From: Thermosulfurimonas dismutans
GTDB taxonomy: Bacteria > Desulfobacterota > Thermodesulfobacteria > Thermodesulfobacteriales > Thermodesulfobacteriaceae
NCBI RefSeq assembly: GCF_001652585.1
Contig: NZ_LWLG01000015.1
Coordinates: 30,001-62,000 of the forward strand
Direction of reading: 5' to 3'
DNA length: 32,000 nucleotides
Below, piece after piece: positions 24,865 to 32,000 of the stretch. The position numbers were made by a program, and so were the translations under genes. The notes under the pieces are model-generated. The model saw nothing but the letters and a program-made list of their open reading frames with translations, was not told the origin of the DNA and made no database searches. Each line of letters opens with the position of its first letter. The first letter of the stretch is position 1.

Positions 24865-26250
24865 ATGGTAACCCAAATGAAGGCGGCTTTTAGAGCTTTT
24901 TGGGCTCCCTGTTTAATGGTTCTAGTGCTGTATGTGGTTCCCCTTTCTTTTCCTTTGACTTCCATCCAGGAAGCCCGTCGGGCAGAGATCGTTCAAGAGG
25001 CCGTAATACTCGGAAACTGGCTTATTCCTAGCCTCAATGGTGAGCCTTATGTGGTGAAACCCCCGTTTCATATTTGGATAACAGGCGTCTTCGCTTGGCT
25101 TTTTGGTGTTAAGGAAGCTGTGCTAAGGATATCCTCTTTTCTTTCGGCGCTTGGCATAGGAATTGTTCTCTATCGCCTGACCCTAAAGGTTTGTAGCCGC
25201 ATGGAAATAGCCCTTCTTTCCGTGCTAATCCTGATTTCTGCTCCCAAGTTCTTTTTCTTCTCTCACCGGGTGGAAATCGATATGTTGCTGGCCTTTCTTT
25301 ATTTTTTAAGCTTCTATTTCTTCTGGAGCTACCTCTCCGAGGAGAAAAGCCGATTCCTTTACCTGGGATATTTTGTGGCTGGACTGGCGGCCCTAACCAA
25401 GGGCCCTTTCATTTTTTTTCTCTTTCCGCCGCTGGCGATTTACGGCCTCCTCTACAAAGATCGCCGGATCTGGCGGGTACTTTTCAATCCCCTGGGTTGG
25501 TTTCTTCTTCTGGCTCCGGTCTGCGGCTGGTATTTTTACGCCTACAAAAAGCTTTCGGCCGCGGCTTTTTACGAATTCATCTATACCGACATCTTTGGAA
25601 GGATTTCCACCGGCAAAAGGGATCCCTTTTGGCATTACCCAGGGGCTCTTCTTCTGGCCTTCATGCCTTGGACCTTGGCTTTGCTTTACCGTCCGGGGAA
25701 GTTTTTGCGGGAGGCGTTGCGTGGCCAGCAGTCCCTTATCTTCCTATCTTTTTTGGTGCCGATTACCCTTCTCAGCTTTACGGCCGCCAAATACAGCAAG
25801 TATCTCCTTCCTTTTTACCCCTTCTTTGCCTTGTTCCTTGCCCGCCTGATATTCAGCCAGCTTGAAAACCGAGCCTTTCCAATACGAAAATTTATGGTCG
25901 GGACTTCTTTTATAGTTCTAATGATGGTGGCCGGTACTCTGGTTATGGAATACCATTCAAACCGGCTCCGCTTCGACTCTCTATCGGCGGCGAGGCCCTA
26001 TCTATCCCTGCCTTATCCCTATTACAGTTACCGAAAGGAACCCAACTATCTTCTGGTCTTTTATCACGGGGGCCCTATTCCGGTGGTAAGAGAAGAAGAT
26101 CTCAAGGGTCTCAAGCCCCCCTTTGTGCTCTTAGTGGAAACCATCCCCGGGGCCGAGGTCTCTTTGCCTAGGTCAGACCTTGGAAAACTCGCCGAGATTT
26201 CTCCATTCTACAGAAAAAAACGTCGCCTTTTGATCTTTGTTTTTTCCTGA
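24865..26250 (+). CDS. ArnT-like GT-C glycosyltransferase (third paralog)
   Basis: 461 aa and polytopic. Loop SIQEARRAEIVQEAVILGNWLIPSLNGEPYVVKPPFHIW matches the ArnT/PMT catalytic-loop pattern. Starts 3 nt after the RND2 stop. Confidence 0.8.
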   Translation: MVTQMKAAFRAFWAPCLMVLVLYVVPLSFPLTSIQEARRAEIVQEAVILGNWLIPSLNGEPYVVKPPFHIWITGVFAWLFGVKEAVLRISSFLSALGIGIVLYRLTLKVCSRMEIALLSVLILISAPKFFFFSHRVEIDMLLAFLYFLSFYFFWSYLSEEKSRFLYLGYFVAGLAALTKGPFIFFLFPPLAIYGLLYKDRRIWRVLFNPLGWFLLLAPVCGWYFYAYKKLSAAAFYEFIYTDIFGRISTGKRDPFWHYPGALLLAFMPWTLALLYRPGKFLREALRGQQSLIFLSFLVPITLLSFTAAKYSKYLLPFYPFFALFLARLIFSQLENRAFPIRKFMVGTSFIVLMMVAGTLVMEYHSNRLRFDSLSAARPYLSLPYPYYSYRKEPNYLLVFYHGGPIPVVREEDLKGLKPPFVLLVETIPGAEVSLPRSDLGKLAEISPFYRKKRRLLIFVFS

Positions 26251-26253
26251 AGT

Positions 26254-27228
26254 TTACCGGTTCTGGCGGATACGAGCGGGGTAGGGAGGTATTTTCTCGC
26301 GGTAAAGGAGGTCTTTTAAGACCGCGAGTTTTTCAGAAATTCCTAGTGCCTTCTGCACCCGTCCGAAATAGTAAAGACCGAAGGGGAAGTTTTGGAGATA
26401 CCAGAAGAGCCAGAGGTTGAACCTTTTCTCCCGCCATTCTTCGGGCAGGAGCTTCAGGTGTTCAGCCATGAGTAAGACCGGCTCAAAGGGATTGGGTGCC
26501 TCGGGTATGGGGTCTCCCTTGAGAAAGGCCCTCGCATCCCGAAAGATCCAGGGGCGAAGGAGGGCCGTACGGCCAATCATAACGCCGTCACAGCCGGTGG
26601 TCTCAAGCATCCTGAGGACGTCTTCCGGAGAAAATATGTCCCCGTTTCCGATGACTGTGGCTCCGGTTTCACGCTTCAAGGCTGCGATTTCTTCCCACCG
26701 AGGCGGCCGCCGGAAACCATCCTCCGGAGCCCGGGGGTGTAAGATCAGGATCTCAACCCCTTCGGCAAGCAACCCTTCCGCAAAGGCGATGAGCCGCCTG
26801 AGATCGTGCCCCGGGGTGGAACGAAGTTTGGCGAAAAGGGGTTTGCGGGTCATCTTACGCCCCCCGGCCGCTATTTTGCGGGCGAGCTCCGGCTCCGAAA
26901 GAAGGGCCGCACCCCAGCCGTAGCGTTTGGCCCGTCCCCGGGCGCAGCCGAAATTTAGGTCGTAGCCATAGAAGTCAAAGCGAGCCTCAAGCCGTTCCAG
27001 GGCTTGGACTATGACCTCGGGCTCCCTTCCGGCAAGCTGAGCGATAAGGGGCCGGTCGGCCTCGGTGTAGAAGAGGTAGGGATCCCTTTCCGGAGGCTGG
27101 TGCACGATGGCCCTGGCGCTCACCATCTCGGTGTAGAAGAAGTCCGGCGGCCCGTAGTGGGCCACGAGCCGCCTGAAGGCCACATGCGTGAGCCCATCCA
27201 TGGGAGCTAGGAAGAGGGTAGCCCGCAT
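26254..27228 (-). CDS. tRNA-dihydrouridine synthase family protein (divergent)
   Basis: ~324 aa from ATG 27228 (MRATLFLAPMDGLTHVAFR). Dus-like blocks LAPMDG, NFGC, GNGDI and MIGRTALLRPWIF. The start ATG shares one base with the rarA stop (TAATG). A GTG at 27252 is an alternative start. Confidence 0.72.
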   Translation of the reverse strand: MRATLFLAPMDGLTHVAFRRLVAHYGPPDFFYTEMVSARAIVHQPPERDPYLFYTEADRPLIAQLAGREPEVIVQALERLEARFDFYGYDLNFGCARGRAKRYGWGAALLSEPELARKIAAGGRKMTRKPLFAKLRSTPGHDLRRLIAFAEGLLAEGVEILILHPRAPEDGFRRPPRWEEIAALKRETGATVIGNGDIFSPEDVLRMLETTGCDGVMIGRTALLRPWIFRDARAFLKGDPIPEAPNPFEPVLLMAEHLKLLPEEWREKRFNLWLFWYLQNFPFGLYYFGRVQKALGISEKLAVLKDLLYREKIPPYPARIRQNR

Positions 27229-28562
27229 TAACCTTTCTTCCCTCGCCACCACTTAAGAAGTCTTTCCCGGATGGTCTTCTCGAAGCCCCGGTTCGTAGGG
27301 CGGTAGTAGCGACGGTCTCGGAGTTCGTCCGGGAGATACTGCTGCTCCACGAACCCCTCTGGAAAATCGTGGGCGTATTTGTAGCCCCGGCCGTAGCCTA
27401 GGGCCCGCATGAGGGCCGTTACCGGATTGCGCAGGTGCATAGGCACAGGCAGAGCCCCGTGGCGACGGGCGTCGGTCCTGGCGGCCGAAAGGCCGCGGTA
27501 GACGGCGTTGCTCTTGGGTGCACAGGCTACATAGACCGCGGCCTGAGCCAGCGCCAGCTCTCCCTCCGGACTTCCCAGAAACTCGTAGGCCTCCTTGGCA
27601 GAGACCGCTACCACTAGCGCCATGGGGTCGGCGTTTCCCACGTCCTCGGAGGCCGCCACCACGATCCTGCGGGCGATGTAAAGGGGGTCCTCCCCGGCCT
27701 CAAGCATACGGGCGAGCCAGTACAAAGCCGCGTCCGGGTCGCTTCCCCGAAGGCTCTTGTGAAAGGCTGATATCAAGTTGTAGTGCTCCTCCCCGCTCTT
27801 GTCGTAGCGGAGGGGCTTTTCGAGGAAGACCCTCTCGAGGTCGAGAACTCCGATCCGACGAGAACCGTCCTCTCTGGGCAGCGTGCTCTCCACCAGGGTC
27901 TCAAGCATATTTAAGGCCACCCGGGCGTCACCTTCGGCGGCCTGGGCGAGGAGATCAAGGGCCTTCGGTTCAACTTCGATATTCTCCCTACCGTAACCCC
28001 TTTCGGGATCACTTAAGGCCCTTTCAAGGAGTTTGCGGATGTCTTCGGAACTCAGGGGTTTGAGGACCAGGATCTTACAGCGGGAAAGGAGGGGGGCGAT
28101 GACCTCGAAGGAGGGGTTTTCGGTGGTGGCTCCGATGAGAGTCACCAGACCGGATTCCACATACGGCAAAAGAAAGTCCTGCTGAGCCTTGTTGAAGCGA
28201 TGGATCTCATCAATAAAAAGTACGGTCTTATGGCCTAAAGTAGCCATCCGACGGGCTTCTTCTATTACTTTTCTAAGGTCTTTTACTCCGGAGTCCACAG
28301 CCGAGAGGGTAATCAATCTGGCCCCTATCTCCTTGGCCAGAAGCCTTGCGAGCGTGGTCTTACCGCAGCCTGGTGGCCCCCAGAGGATGAGGGAAGGGAG
28401 TTTTTTTTGAGAGACAATACGGCTTAGAAGTCGGTCCTTGCCTAGGAGGTGACTTTGCCCCAGAAATTCAGAAAAGCTCCGGGGCCGAAGCCGTTCGGCC
28501 AGCGGTGGCCTAGGAGCAAAGAGGCTACTTTCGCTTCCGTGTTCTTTTTTCCGCTGAGCCAC
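27228..28562 (-). CDS. rarA: Replication-associated recombination protein A (AAA+ ATPase RarA/MgsA)
   Basis: 444 aa with a GTG start. N-terminus PLAERLRPRSFSEFLGQSHLLG, Walker A GPPGCGKTT, Walker B LFIDEIHRFNKAQQD, C-terminal MgsA domain (YDKSGEEHYNLISAFHKSLRGSDPDAALYWLARM). Confidence 0.94.
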   Translation of the reverse strand: MAQRKKEHGSESSLFAPRPPLAERLRPRSFSEFLGQSHLLGKDRLLSRIVSQKKLPSLILWGPPGCGKTTLARLLAKEIGARLITLSAVDSGVKDLRKVIEEARRMATLGHKTVLFIDEIHRFNKAQQDFLLPYVESGLVTLIGATTENPSFEVIAPLLSRCKILVLKPLSSEDIRKLLERALSDPERGYGRENIEVEPKALDLLAQAAEGDARVALNMLETLVESTLPREDGSRRIGVLDLERVFLEKPLRYDKSGEEHYNLISAFHKSLRGSDPDAALYWLARMLEAGEDPLYIARRIVVAASEDVGNADPMALVVAVSAKEAYEFLGSPEGELALAQAAVYVACAPKSNAVYRGLSAARTDARRHGALPVPMHLRNPVTALMRALGYGRGYKYAHDFPEGFVEQQYLPDELRDRRYYRPTNRGFEKTIRERLLKWWRGKKG

Positions 28563-28642
28563 TTACCGTAAACATCCTGGTGAAACAGAATGTACAGAGA
28601 CTGGTAACAATATTCCACGAAATTAGCATGAAAAGAAGGGCA

Positions 28643-30178
28643 CTACCTTTCATGGGCCTTCTCCTTTCTTCTGGCAAGATGGACCAGCACCCCAAAACCC
28701 AGGAAGATGGCCACCAGAAGGAACCTCGTAACCCAAATAGTAGGCGAAGCCTCCTTAAGATACCCCGGAAGCTCCTTGAAAATCCACCAACCGGTGATGA
28801 TGGATAGGAAAAACGGCGTCACATATCGCATAATAAAAAAGAAGATCCGTGGGAGTTTTATAAAGCCGCCCCGATTAATTTCCCGCCAAGCGGTCGAGGG
28901 ATTGAAGGCCCAAAAAAAGATTACCACCTCGCACAAGGCAAAGACCACTACGAAGAATGTTCCGGCCCAGAAGTCCATTTCATCCAAGGCCTTGGGAAGC
29001 AGGATGGCGAAGTGGGCCAAGACGAAAAGGGTAAGCATGGTGAGGGTTACGGCCTTTTTTCGGGAAAAACCGAATTCATCCTCGAGGAAGGCTATCACCG
29101 GTTGGGTGATGGCCACCGAGGAGGTAATGCCAGCAAAGAAGAGGAGGATGAACCAGAAAAAGCCCAAGAGGGAGCCCGCCGGAAGATTGGCGAAGATGGC
29201 CGGAAGACTTACGAAAGCGAGGTTGAAGGCCCCACTAGCGGCGATGAGTTGGGCGGCCGCTACTCCGAAAAAGGCCGCCGCCGCCGGAATAGCGATGGAG
29301 CCTCCGAGGACGATCTCCGCAAATTCGTTAAGCGAGGAAGCCGTAAGGGCCGAAAGGGTAAGATCGTCATTACGTTTGAGATAGGAGGCGTAGGTGATGA
29401 TAGCTCCGAAGCCGAGACTCAGGGTGAAAAAGACCTGACCTGCGGCTGCGAGCCAGACTTTAGGGTTGCCAAGCTCCTGCCACTTAGGTTCCCAGAGGAA
29501 GTTAAGCCCCTGAACGGCGCTACCGAGAGGGGTTTCAAGCGTTATGACCCGCATCATGAGGATGATAGCGAGAGCAAAAAGCACCGGCATGGCCACCTTA
29601 GCAAATTTCTCTATCCCACCCGAAATACCCCTGATCAAGATGGTGTAGTTTAGGAACATGGTGACGAGAAAAAAGAGGTAGGCCGCAAGCGAGGGGCGGT
29701 AGAATCCTTCGGCCCCCATGCCGGTATATTGGAGGAGGAACTCTTTGAAAGGTTTGAGATAGGCCTCAGAGGAAGCAGCCACCTCGGCTGAAATCTTGGG
29801 AAGCTTCCCGGTAAGGGCGAAAAAGGCGTAGCCTAAGGTCCAACTTTCGATGTAGACATAGTAGCACGAGACTACAAAAGGCACGAATAGCCCCAGGATA
29901 CCTACATAACGGGCGATGGGGTTTTTCCAAAGAAGTCCGAAGATGGCCGGGGTGGTCCCGTGTCCCCGGACGCCGCCGTAGCGGCCAATGCCCCATTCCA
30001 CCCACATGAGGGGAATGGCGATAAGAAGTAACGAAATCATGTAAGGGATCATAAAGATACCGCCACCGTTCTGGGCCGCCTGAGTGGGGAAACGCAGGAA
30101 GTTCCCCAAACCCACAGCATTTCCGGCCATGGCTAAAATCAAGCCGATCCGCGAGCCCCAGCGTTCCCTTTGTGCCAT
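28643..30178 (-). CDS. Neurotransmitter:sodium symporter (NSS/SNF) family amino-acid transporter, LeuT-like
   Basis: 511 aa. RIGLILAMAGNAVGLGNFLRFP, YYVYIESWTLG, FFTLSLGFGAIITYASY and FFAGITSS blocks. Collinear over the whole length with the Aquifex aeolicus LeuT sequence as I remember it. Confidence 0.93.
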   Translation of the reverse strand: MAQRERWGSRIGLILAMAGNAVGLGNFLRFPTQAAQNGGGIFMIPYMISLLLIAIPLMWVEWGIGRYGGVRGHGTTPAIFGLLWKNPIARYVGILGLFVPFVVSCYYVYIESWTLGYAFFALTGKLPKISAEVAASSEAYLKPFKEFLLQYTGMGAEGFYRPSLAAYLFFLVTMFLNYTILIRGISGGIEKFAKVAMPVLFALAIILMMRVITLETPLGSAVQGLNFLWEPKWQELGNPKVWLAAAGQVFFTLSLGFGAIITYASYLKRNDDLTLSALTASSLNEFAEIVLGGSIAIPAAAAFFGVAAAQLIAASGAFNLAFVSLPAIFANLPAGSLLGFFWFILLFFAGITSSVAITQPVIAFLEDEFGFSRKKAVTLTMLTLFVLAHFAILLPKALDEMDFWAGTFFVVVFALCEVVIFFWAFNPSTAWREINRGGFIKLPRIFFFIMRYVTPFFLSIITGWWIFKELPGYLKEASPTIWVTRFLLVAIFLGFGVLVHLARRKEKAHER

Positions 30179-30213
30179 TTTTAACTCCTCATCCGATTTT
30201 TGGGATAAACTTT

Positions 30214-30242
30214 TTTATAAAAGAGAGGTATAATAATTTCAA
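30214..30242 (-). promoter_or_regulatory. Candidate sigma70-type promoter of the NSS transporter gene
   Basis: On the minus strand: TTGAAA (30242-30237), 17 nt, TATAAA (30219-30214). It lies 35 nt upstream of the ATG at 30178, with a GAGGAG SD in the leader. Confidence 0.5.
30229..30234 (+). promoter_or_regulatory. Candidate -10 box for the CBS-protein gene, nested inside the divergent NSS promoter
   Basis: A perfect TATAAT at 30229-30234, 30 nt upstream of GTG 30265 and ahead of SD GGGGAGG (30252-30258). No good -35 at 17-nt spacing. Confidence 0.3.
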
Positions 30243-30264
30243 CTCTGAATAGGGGAGGTTTTGA

Positions 30265-30666
30265 GTGGATTTTACTAAAATTACTGTTTCAGAAATTATG
30301 AGCCGAGGGGTAATTACGGTCGGTATGGAAGCTAGTTTTGAAGAAATATTGAGACAATTGACCGAAAATAAAGTGCATGCAGTAGTGGTAACGGCGCCGG
30401 GAGGCGAATTCATGGGTGTGATTAGCCATTCCGATATTATCGAGGCTCTGGCCAAAAAAGGGGCTGAGATTTTCAACCTAGTGGCGGAAGATTTGATGTG
30501 CCCCAAACCTTATACCATCGAGGGTACGGCCACTCTCAAAGAAGCTGCGGCCAAAATGGTAAACTATGGTGTTCACCGACTCTTGGTTCTCTCTTCACAC
30601 GGTGGTAAATTAGTGCCTGTTGGGGTTCTTTCGGCTATAGACCTCGTTCGGGCTGAGAGCCAATAG
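30265..30666 (+). CDS. Stand-alone CBS-pair domain protein
   Basis: 133 aa with a GTG start 6 nt after GGGGAGG. Two CBS repeats (ITVSEIMSRGVITV...HAVVVT; VAEDLMCPKPYTI...HRLLVL). Confidence 0.8.
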   Translation: MDFTKITVSEIMSRGVITVGMEASFEEILRQLTENKVHAVVVTAPGGEFMGVISHSDIIEALAKKGAEIFNLVAEDLMCPKPYTIEGTATLKEAAAKMVNYGVHRLLVLSSHGGKLVPVGVLSAIDLVRAESQ

Positions 30667-30671
30667 CCCGC

Positions 30672-30700
30672 TTGACAAGGCCGAAAACCCTAGGTATATA
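30672..30700 (+). promoter_or_regulatory. Candidate sigma70-type promoter of the str operon (rpsL-rpsG-fusA)
   Basis: Consensus TTGACA (30672-30677), 17 nt, TATATA (30695-30700). The -10 box ends 69 nt upstream of the rpsL ATG. Confidence 0.6.
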
Positions 30701-30715
30701 AAAGGTCGCCTTTTG

Positions 30716-30744
30716 CGGGACGGATGTCCCGAGGGGGATTTTTT
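30716..30744 (+). other. Hairpin plus T-run in the rpsL 5' leader
   Basis: CGGGAC-GGAT-GTCCCG (30716-30731), then AGGGGGA and T6 (30739-30744). The T-run is 7 nt from the stem, so it is not a canonical terminator. Confidence 0.3.
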
Positions 30745-30768
30745 GAGATTTTGAGAAGGGGAAAGGTT

Positions 30769-31140
30769 ATGCCCACTTTTAATCAATTGGTAAGGTTTGG
30801 GCGTAAAAAGAGGAAAAGCAAATCCAAGTCGCCGGCGTTGGAAGGTTGTCCACAGAAGCGTGGGGTGTGTGTAAGGGTGTATACTACCACGCCCAAAAAG
30901 CCCAATTCTGCTCTTCGGAAGGTGGCTCGTGTTCGGCTTACTAATGGTATTGAGGTGACGGCCTACATTCCGGGGATTGGGCACAATCTTCAAGAGCACT
31001 CGGTGGTGTTAGTGAGGGGTGGGCGTGTTAAGGATCTTCCTGGAGTGCGTTATAAGATAATCCGTGGGGCTCTTGATGCTGCCGGTGTTCAGGATCGTAG
31101 AAAGTCTCGCTCCAAGTACGGAGCTCCTAGACCGAAATAA
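30769..31140 (+). CDS. rpsL: 30S ribosomal protein S12
   Basis: 123 aa from ATG 30769 ([14 protein letters not shown]...). Universally conserved [16 protein letters not shown] and [12 protein letters not shown] blocks. SD GAAGGGGAAAGG upstream. Confidence 0.97.
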   Translation: MPTFNQLVRFGRKKRKSKSKSPALEGCPQKRGVCVRVYTTTPKKPNSALRKVARVRLTNGIEVTAYIPGIGHNLQEHSVVLVRGGRVKDLPGVRYKIIRGALDAAGVQDRRKSRSKYGAPRPK

Positions 31141-31150
31141 GGGGAGTTGA

Positions 31151-31627
<477 letters not shown>

Positions 31628-31715
31628 TTGTCTTTTGGTTGGAGGTGTCTCTTAAGTCCTTCGGTTGTAGGGGACTGCTATTTTGATTTTTTAATAAGGA
31701 GGTTGAGGGTAGGTT

Positions 31716-32000
31716 ATGGATAGTGAGGCTCTAAAAAGACTAAAATATACGCGTAACATTGGTTTTGTGGCTCATATCGACGCGGGGAAGACTACTACCA
31801 CCGAGCGTGTTCTTTATTACACTGGTCGTACTCACAAGATTGGTGAGGTGCATGAAGGCACCGCCACCATGGACTTCATGGTTCAAGAGCAGGAACGCGG
31901 TATTACCATTACTTCGGCAGCTACCACTTGTTTCTGGAAGGATCATCGTATCAACATCATCGATACTCCTGGGCACGTGGATTTTACTATTGAGGTCGAG
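31716..32000 (+). CDS. fusA: Elongation factor G, N-terminal part (3'-truncated by window edge)
   Basis: Not in the ORF track because it has no stop in the window. ATG 31716 gives [37 protein letters not shown]...[35 protein letters not shown], with the G1 AHIDAGKT and G3 DTPGH motifs. In frame to base 32000. Confidence 0.95.
   Translation, partial: MDSEALKRLKYTRNIGFVAHIDAGKTTTTERVLYYTGRTHKIGEVHEGTATMDFMVQEQERGITITSAATTCFWKDHRINIIDTPGHVDFTIEVE

Noticed and set aside
27229-27252. GTG-initiated 8-codon extension of the dus-like gene
   Set aside because: I could not exclude it. However, the ATG at 27228 forms a TAATG coupling junction with rarA, and the Dus fold begins at MRATLFLAPMDG, so I annotated the shorter form.
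27518-28063. 181-aa plus-strand ORF antisense to rarA, and 168-aa ORF (26417-26923) antisense to the dus-like gene
   Set aside because: Their P/R/G/S-rich low-complexity translations lie inside well-supported genes on the opposite strand.
28707-29653. Two overlapping plus-strand ORFs (225 aa and 213 aa) antisense to the NSS transporter
   Set aside because: They are K/R/A/E-rich mirror frames of a very hydrophobic, strongly conserved transporter gene. Neither has an SD or a promoter context.
30724-30768. 15-codon N-terminal extension of rpsL ([15 protein letters not shown]...)
   Set aside because: S12 proteins begin MPT(I/F)NQL. The ATG at 30769 has a proper SD, and the extension would include the leader hairpin.
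31655-31696. Short hairpin AGTCC...GGACT followed by GCTATTTTGATTTTTT between rpsG and fusA, a possible attenuator
   Set aside because: The stem has only 5 Watson-Crick pairs (plus up to 2 G-U) with a large loop, and the T-run is interrupted. That is too weak to call, and fusA is normally co-transcribed with rpsG.

Overview
This is a gene-dense bacterial chromosome segment: about 97% coding by my coordinates, largest intergenic gap 110 nt, roughly 50% G+C by eye. It looks thermophile-like, with E/K/R-rich proteins, many 4-nt ATGA/GTGA gene overlaps and several GTG/TTG starts. Left end: the distal dcw cluster ftsQ'(partial)-ftsA-ftsZ, an antisense orphan class-I fumarase alpha subunit, and ftsH. 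The centre (5.6-26.3 kb) is the part worth attention. It holds a minus-strand 5-gene operon: two ArnT-like GT-C glycosyltransferases, a Gfo/Idh/MocA oxidoreductase, a DegT-type aminotransferase and an ArnC/GtrB-like GT2. Divergent from it is an OmpR-family (CusR/PmrA-like) response regulator plus sensor kinase. These are followed by a ~12.6-kb plus-strand operon: small secreted protein, OMF lipoprotein, MFP, RND pump, second MFP, a doubly membrane-anchored metallophosphoesterase, second RND pump and a third ArnT-like GT-C. I read this as one candidate envelope-remodelling plus efflux regulon. The MFP-phosphoesterase-RND-GT-C sub-module is an arrangement I do not recognise as described. TTAA-core direct repeats with 11-bp phasing lie in both regulatory regions flanking the two-component system. 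Right end: a dus-like/rarA pair, a LeuT-like NSS transporter, a CBS-pair protein and the start of the str operon rpsL-rpsG-fusA'(partial). I saw no rRNA, tRNA, CRISPR, transposase/integrase or phage genes. All functional calls rest on by-eye motif and family recognition; no searches were run.
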